The notes under the pieces: generated by a model | Database searches by the model: none | Told to the model about the DNA's origin: nothing | The model's input: only the letters and a program-made list of their open reading frames with translations | Translations under genes and position numbers: made by a program | In this document: piece by piece, positions 33,812 through 41,203 of the stretch | Layout of the letters: every line of letters starts with the position of its first letter | Numbering within the stretch: position 1 is the first letter of the stretch | IMG/VR virus record: IMGVR_UViG_3300032116_000478 | Coordinates: 1-41,203 of that record | Direction: 5' to 3' (one strand) | Origin: a virus | Taxonomy: Duplodnaviria > Caudoviricetes | Length of the DNA stretch: 41,203 nt

Positions 33812-35896
33812 ATGCAAGGAGATTCCTACAAGACGGCGACAGACGTGATGGCCCGGGTCGGCGAGGAGCCCAATGTGCCGGCATTGACCGAGGAGCTACG
33901 GCGCAGTGCTACCGATTACGGTGTGTTTGCCCGTGTCGACCGTGTCGAGCAGGTGCGGTATTGCCGGTGGGCTGGGCAGACCGACGATGGCAAGAAGTGG
34001 AACGACGCCAACCGTAACAAGCCGGCGTTTCCTTGGGATGGAGCGAGCGACACGCGTATCCCGTTGGCCGATGAGGTGATCAATGGCCTTGTGGATCTGT
34101 GCTCGACGTCTTTCTGGCGCTCGATGCTCCGAGTTTCTCCGAGCAACGTGAGCCAGCTCGATCAGGCTGTTACCGCCCACAACCTGATGGACTGGGCGAC
34201 CAACGCTAAGATGTACAACGATTTGACCCGTGAGGTTGAGTTGCTGTCGCAATACCTGTGGACCTACGGGTGGGCTGGTGTGCACGTCACTTGGCAGCAG
34301 GAGCTGGGTCAGAAGGAGCAGTATCTGACGATGGACCAGATCATGGCCTTGGCTGCGCAGTCGCCCGAGGGCTCGGTTCTGGCTGACTTGCCCAACCTGA
34401 TTGCCAATCCGGAGGCCGATGATCAGTCCGCGGAGCTGCTGATGGCTGCCTTCCCGAATCTCAAGAAGCGTCGGGCTCTGAAGGCTGTGCGCGAGCTGCG
34501 CGACGAGGGCGAGTGTGACTTCCCGGTGCCCACGATGGTTACAAACAAGCCGATGATCGCGGCCTTGGCGCCGTGGGATGAGATGGTGTTCCCGCCGGAA
34601 ACCACCGATATCCAGTCGGCACGGGTGATTTTCCGCCGGTTCTACATGACCGAAGCTCAGTTGCTGAACAAGGTCGAGGTGGAGGGCTGGGACAGCGAGT
34701 GGGCGCAGGAAGCGATCAACACGATGGGACGTTTCAGCGACTACTCGGACTTCTCGTACAGCGTCGGGCTGGCTGAGAACTCGTTGCTCGACCGTGAAAA
34801 CCTGATCGAGGTGGTCTACGCCTACCAGAAGGCCGTGGATAGCGACGGTATCCCGGGTGTGTTCTACACGGTTTTCAGCCCTCAGGTGGGCGACAAGTGG
34901 GGCTACTTCGAGGCGCTGGAGTACTCGCACGGACAGTACCCCTTCGTGGTGTGGCGTTCGGAGGTGGTGCATCGTCAGATCACCGAGAGCCGCGGCGTGC
35001 CCGATATCTGCTCGACCTGGCAGCATGAGGTGAAGGCCCAGCGTGACTCGATCTTCGACTACACCAGCTTGGCGACGCTGCCGCCCATCGAGGTGCCAAA
35101 GACTCGTGGCGGCAACCTGAAGATTGGCCCGGCCGTGCAGGTGCCGGTGCTGCGCCGAGGCGAGATTGGCTTCCTAGCGCCTCCTGCTCGGGAGCCGAGT
35201 GTTGCCTTCAACCTGATCGACTCGGTGATGGCGCAGACTGATCGGTACTTCGGGCGCCCCACCGAGAAGGTGCCGCCTGCCGTGACCCAGATGCGCCAGC
35301 AGCGCCTGATCAACAACTGGCTGCACGGGTGGACCGAGGCCTTCCGCCAGGTGCTTGCCTTGACGCTGCAGTACGTCGGCCCCGCGGAGATCATGCGCAT
35401 CACGGCTTCGACCACGCCGTTGCCGGAGAACGTGCAGGACTTCGATGTGATGCTGAAGTTCGACATCCGCGAGCTGTCGACCGACTTGGTGACGGAGAAG
35501 CTCAAGGCCATCAGCACCCTGGTGCTGCCTCTCGACACTGCCGGCGTGATCGACCGGGCCAAGCTGATCTCGGTGGCGCTCCGCTCAATCGACCCCAACC
35601 TCGCTTCCGAGCTCGTGATGCAGCAGGGGCCGGCTGCGCAGAAGATGTTCGGCGAGACCAACGACGAGATTGCGCTGATCAGCCTCGGGAATCCCCCGAT
35701 GCTGCGCGAGAACGACCCGACGGCTGCGATGCGCCTGCAGTTCGCCCAGCAGGTGCTGGCGAGCAATCCGAAGTATCAGGCCCAGTTGCAGCAGGATCAG
35801 CTCTTCCAAGCCAACCTGCAGAAGTACATCGAGAACCTGCAGTTCTCGGTTCAGCAACAGCAGAATGCGGTCACTGGCCGCCTTGGAGTGCAATGA
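33812..35896 (+). CDS. Portal protein
   Basis: 694 aa after TerL; PWDGASD, YPFV...SRGV motifs; Q-rich C-terminus. Confidence 0.85.
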   Translation: MQGDSYKTATDVMARVGEEPNVPALTEELRRSATDYGVFARVDRVEQVRYCRWAGQTDDGKKWNDANRNKPAFPWDGASDTRIPLADEVINGLVDLCSTSFWRSMLRVSPSNVSQLDQAVTAHNLMDWATNAKMYNDLTREVELLSQYLWTYGWAGVHVTWQQELGQKEQYLTMDQIMALAAQSPEGSVLADLPNLIANPEADDQSAELLMAAFPNLKKRRALKAVRELRDEGECDFPVPTMVTNKPMIAALAPWDEMVFPPETTDIQSARVIFRRFYMTEAQLLNKVEVEGWDSEWAQEAINTMGRFSDYSDFSYSVGLAENSLLDRENLIEVVYAYQKAVDSDGIPGVFYTVFSPQVGDKWGYFEALEYSHGQYPFVVWRSEVVHRQITESRGVPDICSTWQHEVKAQRDSIFDYTSLATLPPIEVPKTRGGNLKIGPAVQVPVLRRGEIGFLAPPAREPSVAFNLIDSVMAQTDRYFGRPTEKVPPAVTQMRQQRLINNWLHGWTEAFRQVLALTLQYVGPAEIMRITASTTPLPENVQDFDVMLKFDIRELSTDLVTEKLKAISTLVLPLDTAGVIDRAKLISVALRSIDPNLASELVMQQGPAAQKMFGETNDEIALISLGNPPMLRENDPTAAMRLQFAQQVLASNPKYQAQLQQDQLFQANLQKYIENLQFSVQQQQNAVTGRLGVQ

Positions 35897-36135
35897 AACT
35901 CAACCAAGAACAACTGGCCGAAGCTCTGTCGGTATCCGACGAGCACCCGGTAATCGCGGCATTCCTGCAGATCATTGCAGATACGGCAGAGGACGAGAGT
36001 CGTTCTGCTATTATGCCTAACCTGTCAGCAGAAGACCGCGCCTACAACTGCGGCAGGGCTGCTGCCATACAAGATTTGGGCTTGCTAATAAGCTCGCTCA
36101 GAAGTGAGAAAGATTTGACTTCTCGTCATTCTTGA
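35893..36135 (+). CDS. Small helical protein after portal (Bbp19-like position)
   Basis: ATGA overlap; RAYNCGRAAAI motif. Confidence 0.7.
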   Translation: MKLNQEQLAEALSVSDEHPVIAAFLQIIADTAEDESRSAIMPNLSAEDRAYNCGRAAAIQDLGLLISSLRSEKDLTSRHS

Positions 36136-36215
36136 TATCTCACTACAACAACGGCTTCTTGGTGGGCCTTTAACCACCCTGGCGAACCATACCCGACTTG
36201 CAGGGTCAAAACAGC

Positions 36216-37208
36216 ATGGACATCCCGAATACGACACAGGAAGCGCAACCTGCCCAAAACACGGCACAGCCCCCAATCAACCCGATGCAGTTCGACGAAT
36301 CGGCGTTGGCGAAGCTGCTGAAGACACGATTCAGCGGGGAGGAGGAAAGGCAGCAGAGCGTCGAACAGTCGGAGCCTGAGCCTGTGGCCGCGAGTGCGGA
36401 CGAGGAACAGGCAGCGGAACCGACCGCTGAAGAAACGGAGAGTCAGGCCGAGCCGCCTGATGAAGTTCTTTCGGAATCCGAAGACAACGACGAGTCGTTG
36501 GGCTTCCGCAAGCGTATCGACAAGCTCACGCGCCAGAAGAAAGAGGCGCTGGAGAAGGCCGAGGCGCTGGAGCGTGAACTCAACGACGCCAAGAGCAAGC
36601 TGGAGCAGACTCAAGCCGAGCGGCCTGTGCCTGCGCTAGCGTCCAACGATCCATTCGCTGATGTCTGGGATGCGTCCAAACTCAACGATGAGTGGAGCAA
36701 AGCCCGTAACCTGAAGCGGTGGTGCGAGGACAACATCGACGGCTGCGAAGTAGACGGCAAGGAGTACAGCGCGGATGAGGTGAAGCAGATCAGACGGCGT
36801 GTCGAAGATGCGCTGGATCTGCACATCCCGAATCGTGCTAGATTCTTGCAGAACTATCAGCAGATCAAGCCGGTGGCCGAGCAGCTCTATCCTTGGTGGA
36901 AGGACCGTTCAAGCAACGAGTACACGGAGGCGCAGACGGTGTTGCGGCAGTTGCCGCAGCTCTCAAGCCTGCCGGAGTACCAGGTGCTCATCGGCGATTT
37001 CATTGCTGGCCGGAAGCTGCGGTTGGAGGCATCGAAGGGGAAACCCGCGGTGAAGCCCATCGTGAAGGCGCCGAGTCAGCCGGGCAAACCTACTGCTGCT
37101 CCTGTGAAAAAGGATGCGGCTACGGTCGGCCTGCAGCAGGCGAAGTCGAAGTTTTCGAAGACCGGAAGTCAAAGTGAACTGGCTCAAGTACTGAAAAGGA
37201 TGCTCTAA
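36216..37208 (+). CDS. Capsid scaffolding protein
   Basis: Acidic/Pro-rich N-terminus, KRIDKLTRQKKEA coiled coil, basic C-tail; precedes the capsid gene. Confidence 0.82.
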   Translation: MDIPNTTQEAQPAQNTAQPPINPMQFDESALAKLLKTRFSGEEERQQSVEQSEPEPVAASADEEQAAEPTAEETESQAEPPDEVLSESEDNDESLGFRKRIDKLTRQKKEALEKAEALERELNDAKSKLEQTQAERPVPALASNDPFADVWDASKLNDEWSKARNLKRWCEDNIDGCEVDGKEYSADEVKQIRRRVEDALDLHIPNRARFLQNYQQIKPVAEQLYPWWKDRSSNEYTEAQTVLRQLPQLSSLPEYQVLIGDFIAGRKLRLEASKGKPAVKPIVKAPSQPGKPTAAPVKKDAATVGLQQAKSKFSKTGSQSELAQVLKRML

Positions 37209-37210
37209 CC

Positions 37211-38269
37211 ATGCCCCTGCTCCAACCCAACCAGGGCGGCTCTGTGCCGCTCGCTTCCACCTCCGCCGCTCGTGAAGATCTGGCGGACTACATCGCCATC
37301 GTCGACGCCAAGTCGACTCCGTTTGTTTCGATGTCTCCGAAAGGAAAAGACATCGGAAATATGCAGTTTTCTTGGCTCGTTGATAATTACGGCGCTCCTC
37401 AATTGCAGGGCGTTATCGACGGCTCCGATGTGACCGTGTCCACCGCTGCCAACCCGGTGACCAACCGGACCCGCCTGAACAACTACGCCCAGGCCTTCCG
37501 CCGCGATATTCGTATCGGTTTCATCGCCGAGACTCAGGAAATTGCTGGCGTGACCGATGAGCTTGCCAACGGCATTGCTAAGACCCTCGTTTTGATTAAA
37601 CGGGATATGGAAAGTACATTTATGTGTACTAACCAGGGCGCCCAGGCTGACAACGGTTCAGTTCCCTACCTGACCGGCTCGCTTGGTAATTGGCTGACCG
37701 CTGATTCTCCGGCCAATATTGGCGCGGTGGCCGCTGGATCGCAGTTCAAGCCTGCTTCTGGAGCTGTCTCTACCACTACATCCGCCGCCTTCACCGAGGC
37801 GACCGCGCAGAACGTGCTGACTGCCATCTACGGCAACACCGGCACCTTCCGCGACTACGATTGTATCTTGGGCACCACGCTGAAGCGTGCGTTCACCAAC
37901 CTGACTGCCTCGGGCACCACCCAAGTTGCCAACACCAACACGATTGCTGCGACCTCGGTGCGCACGTTCAATCAGGAGCTGGGCAACGACACCTTCAAGA
38001 ACAGCATCGACATCTTCGAAGGCGACTTCGGCCGTCTGATCCTGCACCCCACCACCTTCATCGGTGGCAAACTTGGCGCAACTTTGGACGCGCAGGCCAA
38101 CAAGGGCTACGTCATCCCGATGGACATGGTCGAGGTGCGCTACGCCAAGCTGCCGCAGGTGAAGGCTCTGCCTGACGCTGGTGGCGGCCCTGCCCGTCTC
38201 GTCGAGGCCATTGCCGGTCTGGTTTGTAAGAACCCGTCTGGCTTCGGTATGTTCAACGGCGCGACCTAA
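37211..38269 (+). CDS. Major capsid protein (HK97 fold, DUF5309/SU10-like)
   Basis: REDLADYI..VD..STPF.SM, R.NNYAQ.F, IKRDME, FEGDFG motifs. Confidence 0.9.
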   Translation: MPLLQPNQGGSVPLASTSAAREDLADYIAIVDAKSTPFVSMSPKGKDIGNMQFSWLVDNYGAPQLQGVIDGSDVTVSTAANPVTNRTRLNNYAQAFRRDIRIGFIAETQEIAGVTDELANGIAKTLVLIKRDMESTFMCTNQGAQADNGSVPYLTGSLGNWLTADSPANIGAVAAGSQFKPASGAVSTTTSAAFTEATAQNVLTAIYGNTGTFRDYDCILGTTLKRAFTNLTASGTTQVANTNTIAATSVRTFNQELGNDTFKNSIDIFEGDFGRLILHPTTFIGGKLGATLDAQANKGYVIPMDMVEVRYAKLPQVKALPDAGGGPARLVEAIAGLVCKNPSGFGMFNGAT

Positions 38270-38282
38270 TTGCTCCAAACAC

Positions 38283-38322
38283 GGGGAGGTTGCTGGACAA
38301 ACCCGGCAGCCTCCCCTTTTCT
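38283..38322 (+). terminator. Rho-independent terminator after the capsid gene
   Basis: GGGGAGGTTGCTGG-loop-CCGGCAGCCTCCCC followed by TTTTCT. Confidence 0.85.
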
Positions 38323-38328
38323 CTGCCC

Positions 38329-38709
38329 ATGAATCAGAACGCTTCCTCAGTCATTGCAAACGCTCTGGACGATCTTCCCGGAGATCTGCGCCGTGCGGTC
38401 ATCAAGGAGTTCGAAAAAGGCATCCAGAAGGACTGGGTGCAGGCCGGCATCCAGCAGAAGCGGATCGCCAAGGACTCGCAGACCGACTTGCGCAGTGTGG
38501 ACGGCATCGGCCGTCTTCGGATGCGTATCGACCCTACGCTGTACCATGCCTGGGGCACGAAGTACGGCTACGACTGCTGGAAGGACTCGCAGTTCCTGAA
38601 GGAGATCGAGCGCGACAACCCGGAGGTTAGGGTTAAGTGCGGGGGTACACGCTTGCAGGTCGGTTGGCAAGGTGGCACAAAGAGGAGCAGTCAGAAGTTC
38701 ACTTTATGA
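38329..38709 (+). CDS. Hypothetical protein (head-module)
   Basis: ATG after the terminator; YGYDCWKDSQFLKEIERDNPE motif. Confidence 0.8.
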   Translation: MNQNASSVIANALDDLPGDLRRAVIKEFEKGIQKDWVQAGIQQKRIAKDSQTDLRSVDGIGRLRMRIDPTLYHAWGTKYGYDCWKDSQFLKEIERDNPEVRVKCGGTRLQVGWQGGTKRSSQKFTL

Positions 38710-38960
38710 ATGTTGGCTCTAATCGTCAGCTCGCCGGCGAGTTCGGCGGCAAATACATCACCGCGGCCGACGGTACGGTGAGCGGCAACTGGATGGAGAT
38801 CCATGCCGTCTCGACGTCGATCCTGTCGGGCTGCACGTCCAACATCACCGGCTTGGGCTCTGGCGTGACCATACAGGCCGGCGATTCGATCTCCGGTGTG
38901 TTCACCTCGCTCGCTCTGAGCAGCGGCGGTATCGTGGCGTACAACCGCAAGTGGGTCTAA
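38706..38960 (+). CDS. Small structural hypothetical protein (copy of 226-480)
   Basis: Within the repeat. Confidence 0.75.
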   Translation: MNVGSNRQLAGEFGGKYITAADGTVSGNWMEIHAVSTSILSGCTSNITGLGSGVTIQAGDSISGVFTSLALSSGGIVAYNRKWV

Positions 38961-38963
38961 TCA

Positions 38964-39200
38964 ATGAGACTGGGACTAGGCCTCGGCGTTGACGTCCAGC
39001 GGTTCGCTGGCGGCGGCGGCGGTGCGGACTATCCCATACTGCGGCGTGACTTGCTGCAGGAGGACGAGTTCTTTGTTCTGCTGGAGAATGGCACTGACAA
39101 GATCGTCATCACCTTCGGCACTTTCGATTCTTTGCTCTTGGAAAGCGGGGACTTCCTGCTCCAGGAGGACACAGGCAAACTGATCATCCAAGCAAACTAG
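38964..39200 (+). CDS. Small structural protein with LLxE repeats (copy of 484-720)
   Basis: Within the repeat. Confidence 0.75.
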   Translation: MRLGLGLGVDVQRFAGGGGGADYPILRRDLLQEDEFFVLLENGTDKIVITFGTFDSLLLESGDFLLQEDTGKLIIQAN

Positions 39201-39203
39201 CAT

Positions 39204-40412
39204 ATGGCAGACACGAAAATCACGGCCTTGGCGGCCATCACCACCGTCGATCCCGCGGCAGACGTTCTGCCGATTGTGGACGTCTCCGATACGTCGATGG
39301 CGGCGTCGGGCACCACGAAGAAGATCACCTCCAATCAGATCCTCGGAGCCGGCGGCACCGCCACCCTCGCCTCCGCCACCATCACCGGCGACCTGACGGT
39401 TCGAACGAACAAGCTGGCGGTTACTTCGACTGGTGTGGGTGCTGGCACTGCGAGTCCGACCAATCTGTTTACAATCGGCACTGGCACTTATTCAGTAGCT
39501 GCTGCTTCCGGTACAGCGTCGATGTATGCAACGGTTGCTCAAGGGTTGGTGGTGCTTTCGGATGCTGTCACTTTTGCATCTAGGACTGGAGGCGACAAAC
39601 TTCTGCTCGACTCCTCCGGCAACGTCGGCGTGGGGGTTACGCCGAGTGCGTGGCATAGCACTTACAAGGCGTTCCAGATTGGTGCTGGTGGATCTGTTGC
39701 ATACACGACTGATACCACTGGATATTCGTTTCTCCTTAACAATGCGTATTACGATGGAACAAATTGGTTGCGATTGATCGGAACCGCTGGAACTCCTGTT
39801 GCTGCTACCGCATACAGCCAAAATCAGGGACAACATCAATGGCTTTACGCAGGAACCGGGACGGCAGCATCTACGATCACCTGGACAACCGGGATGACGC
39901 TGGATGCGAGTGGGAATCTGTTGGTGGGGAAGACGGCTCTTAGCGATACCACTGTTGGTTGGTATGTCAGACCGAATGGCATCACAACCGCAACGATGTC
40001 TTCTTCTGTTAATACTGATACAAGCTATCAACTTTATTCAACTGGTGCATCAGCTTATCGTTTCTATGTCGGAATGGGAGGCACTGTGTACGCCACCAAC
40101 ACGACGATTTCTGCAATCTCAGATGCTCGCTTGAAGGAGAACGTGCAGGACATCGACGTTGGTCTTGATGCCATCCTCGCCCTCAAGCCCCGCAAGTTCG
40201 ATTGGAAGACTGGAAAAGGTAAGAACATCAAGGGAGACCGTGGTTTCATCGCTCAGGAGTTTGAAACCGTGTTCCCGAACCTGATCGACGAGTGGAAAGA
40301 TCCTGCCCCTGAAGGAGAGGCTCCTTACAAGTCCGTTCGCCAAGACCTCATTCCTGTGCTGGTGAAGGCCATTCAGGAACTCACCGCCCGTGTTGAAGCA
40401 CTCGAAGCCTAA
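39204..40412 (+). CDS. Tail fibre with S74-like chaperone, allele B
   Basis: Identical protein to 724-1935 except the last residues (TARVEALEA vs AAEVNALKNA). Confidence 0.9.
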   Translation: MADTKITALAAITTVDPAADVLPIVDVSDTSMAASGTTKKITSNQILGAGGTATLASATITGDLTVRTNKLAVTSTGVGAGTASPTNLFTIGTGTYSVAAASGTASMYATVAQGLVVLSDAVTFASRTGGDKLLLDSSGNVGVGVTPSAWHSTYKAFQIGAGGSVAYTTDTTGYSFLLNNAYYDGTNWLRLIGTAGTPVAATAYSQNQGQHQWLYAGTGTAASTITWTTGMTLDASGNLLVGKTALSDTTVGWYVRPNGITTATMSSSVNTDTSYQLYSTGASAYRFYVGMGGTVYATNTTISAISDARLKENVQDIDVGLDAILALKPRKFDWKTGKGKNIKGDRGFIAQEFETVFPNLIDEWKDPAPEGEAPYKSVRQDLIPVLVKAIQELTARVEALEA

Positions 40413-40418
40413 TATCCC

Positions 40419-40895
40419 ATGATTACCATCAACTGGATCATTGAACGCCTGTTGGTCAAACCGACCGAAGGCGACAAAACCGATGTCGTCATCACCGCCG
40501 ACTGGAGGTGCAACGGCACCGAAACCACCGGAACCGGCGACGACGCGAAGACCTACAGCGGCACCTGCTACGGCTCGTCATCGTTCGCTCCGCCGACCGA
40601 GAACTTCACGCCGTACGATCAGTTGACCGAAGCGCAGGTGCTTGGCTGGTGCTACGCCAATGGCGTCGATCAGAGCGCGATTGAAGCGAACGTCTCCGCG
40701 CAGATTGCTGACCAGATCAACCCTCCGATCATCGCTCCGCCGCTGCCGTGGTTGCCGCCTGTGATGATCGTTCCTCCGATGCTGCCTCAGGTGACGCCTC
40801 CTCTGCGCGACGAGCAAATCGTCGATCCCTTCAAACTTCCTACTAGCGACGTTCCGCCGAGCGTCGATGGTATGTCTACTAACATCCTCGGCTAA
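40419..40895 (+). CDS. Tail-fibre-associated/assembly protein, allele B
   Basis: Diverged homolog of 1940-2353 (VKP.EG..TDVV.TA.WRC, LTE..VL.W, PPLPW). Confidence 0.78.
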   Translation: MITINWIIERLLVKPTEGDKTDVVITADWRCNGTETTGTGDDAKTYSGTCYGSSSFAPPTENFTPYDQLTEAQVLGWCYANGVDQSAIEANVSAQIADQINPPIIAPPLPWLPPVMIVPPMLPQVTPPLRDEQIVDPFKLPTSDVPPSVDGMSTNILG

Positions 40896-40915
40896 ACATC
40901 AACACACATCCCCAC

Positions 40916-41095
40916 ATGATCAAACTCGAACTGACTCCCGAAGAAGCCAATGGCGTTCTGCAACTGATCGACATCGCAATCAAGGCTGGCGGTATCGCCA
41001 ACGCCAAGGTTGGACTGCCGATCTTCGATAAGATTCTGGCCGCTGCACAGGCGTCCGGTATCGCCCAGCCCGCCGCCGCTTCAGAGGAGAAGTAA
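40916..41095 (+). CDS. Small helical protein, allele B (59 aa)
   Basis: Read manually MIKLELTPEEANGVLQLIDIAIKAGGIANAKVGLPIFDKI...; homolog of 2350-2496. Confidence 0.8.
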   Translation: MIKLELTPEEANGVLQLIDIAIKAGGIANAKVGLPIFDKILAAAQASGIAQPAAASEEK

Positions 41096-41099
41096 AATA

Positions 41100-41134
41100 A
41101 AGGGCTAGGTGTCTATGGCATCTAGCCCTTTTTA
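41100..41134 (+). terminator. Rho-independent terminator (possibly bidirectional)
   Basis: AGGGCTAGGTGTC-TAT-GGCATCTAGCCCT followed by TTTT; A-tract upstream. Confidence 0.8.
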
Positions 41135-41142
41135 CTTTCTTC

Positions 41143-41203
41143 ATGACAAACCATAACACCACCACAGAAGCTTCAGTAGGCGCCACAGTCGGAATAATGG
41201 GCG
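41143..41203 (+). CDS. 3'-truncated ORF, positional counterpart of holin-like 2500-2676
   Basis: MTNHNTTTEASVGATVGIMG...; TNH motif and start of a hydrophobic stretch. Confidence 0.45.
   Translation, partial: MTNHNTTTEASVGATVGIMG

Larger units (their letters stand above)
38481..40372. repeat. Long direct repeat, copy 2 (matches 1-1892)
   Basis: Direct comparison at offset 38480. Confidence 0.97.

Noticed and set aside
33896-35026. Long minus-strand ORFs (e.g. 33896-35026, 16980-17978, 24099-24884, 37658-38278)
   Set aside because: Antisense shadows of GC3-biased + strand genes; no recognisable motifs
36115-36145. Late promoter TTGACT...TATCTC before the scaffold gene
   Set aside because: Good -35, but the -10 match and spacing (15 nt) are poor; cannot be supported from sequence alone
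724-40412. Diversity-generating retroelement or shufflon acting on the duplicated tail fibre
   Set aside because: No reverse transcriptase or invertase recognised; differences are not adenine-specific and extend across whole downstream genes
1-41203. Alternative genetic code or stop-codon readthrough
   Set aside because: Core genes are full length in the standard code and all three stop codons end genes at tight junctions

Overview
The window holds an essentially complete ~38,480-bp circular(ly permuted) dsDNA tailed-phage genome with a podovirus-like (P22/T7-type) gene order: portal, scaffold, capsid, adaptor, nozzle, ejection proteins, tail fibres. Positions 1-1892 recur at 38481-40372 with no difference I could see, and the window then continues into a diverged allele of the tail-fibre C-terminus and its downstream genes. 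Every credible gene is on the + strand. I found no integrase, DNA polymerase, RNA polymerase, tRNA or CRISPR array. Modules: tail/lysis (1-10.3 kb), ejection proteins including a 1930-aa polyvalent protein (10.3-18 kb), a collagen-containing tail fibre (18-20.5 kb), early/accessory genes (20.5-27.7 kb), replication (YdaU-like initiator with iterons plus DnaB), then a glycosyltransferase, terminase, portal, scaffold and capsid. The most striking signal is in the polyvalent ejection protein. It is built of effector-like modules (zincin, HhH-glycosylase-like, ADP-ribosyltransferase-like, unknown) separated by a repeated (R/A)(F/W)MP junction. Two of its low-complexity linkers hide small genes with their own RBS-like signals in the +1 frame, each ending right at a junction. 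Other signals are tandem H-type pseudoknot-like elements, a dif-like site without an integrase, a sigma4/alphaCTD fusion and a structured leader before the replication gene. All family assignments come from motif recognition by eye; no searches were run.
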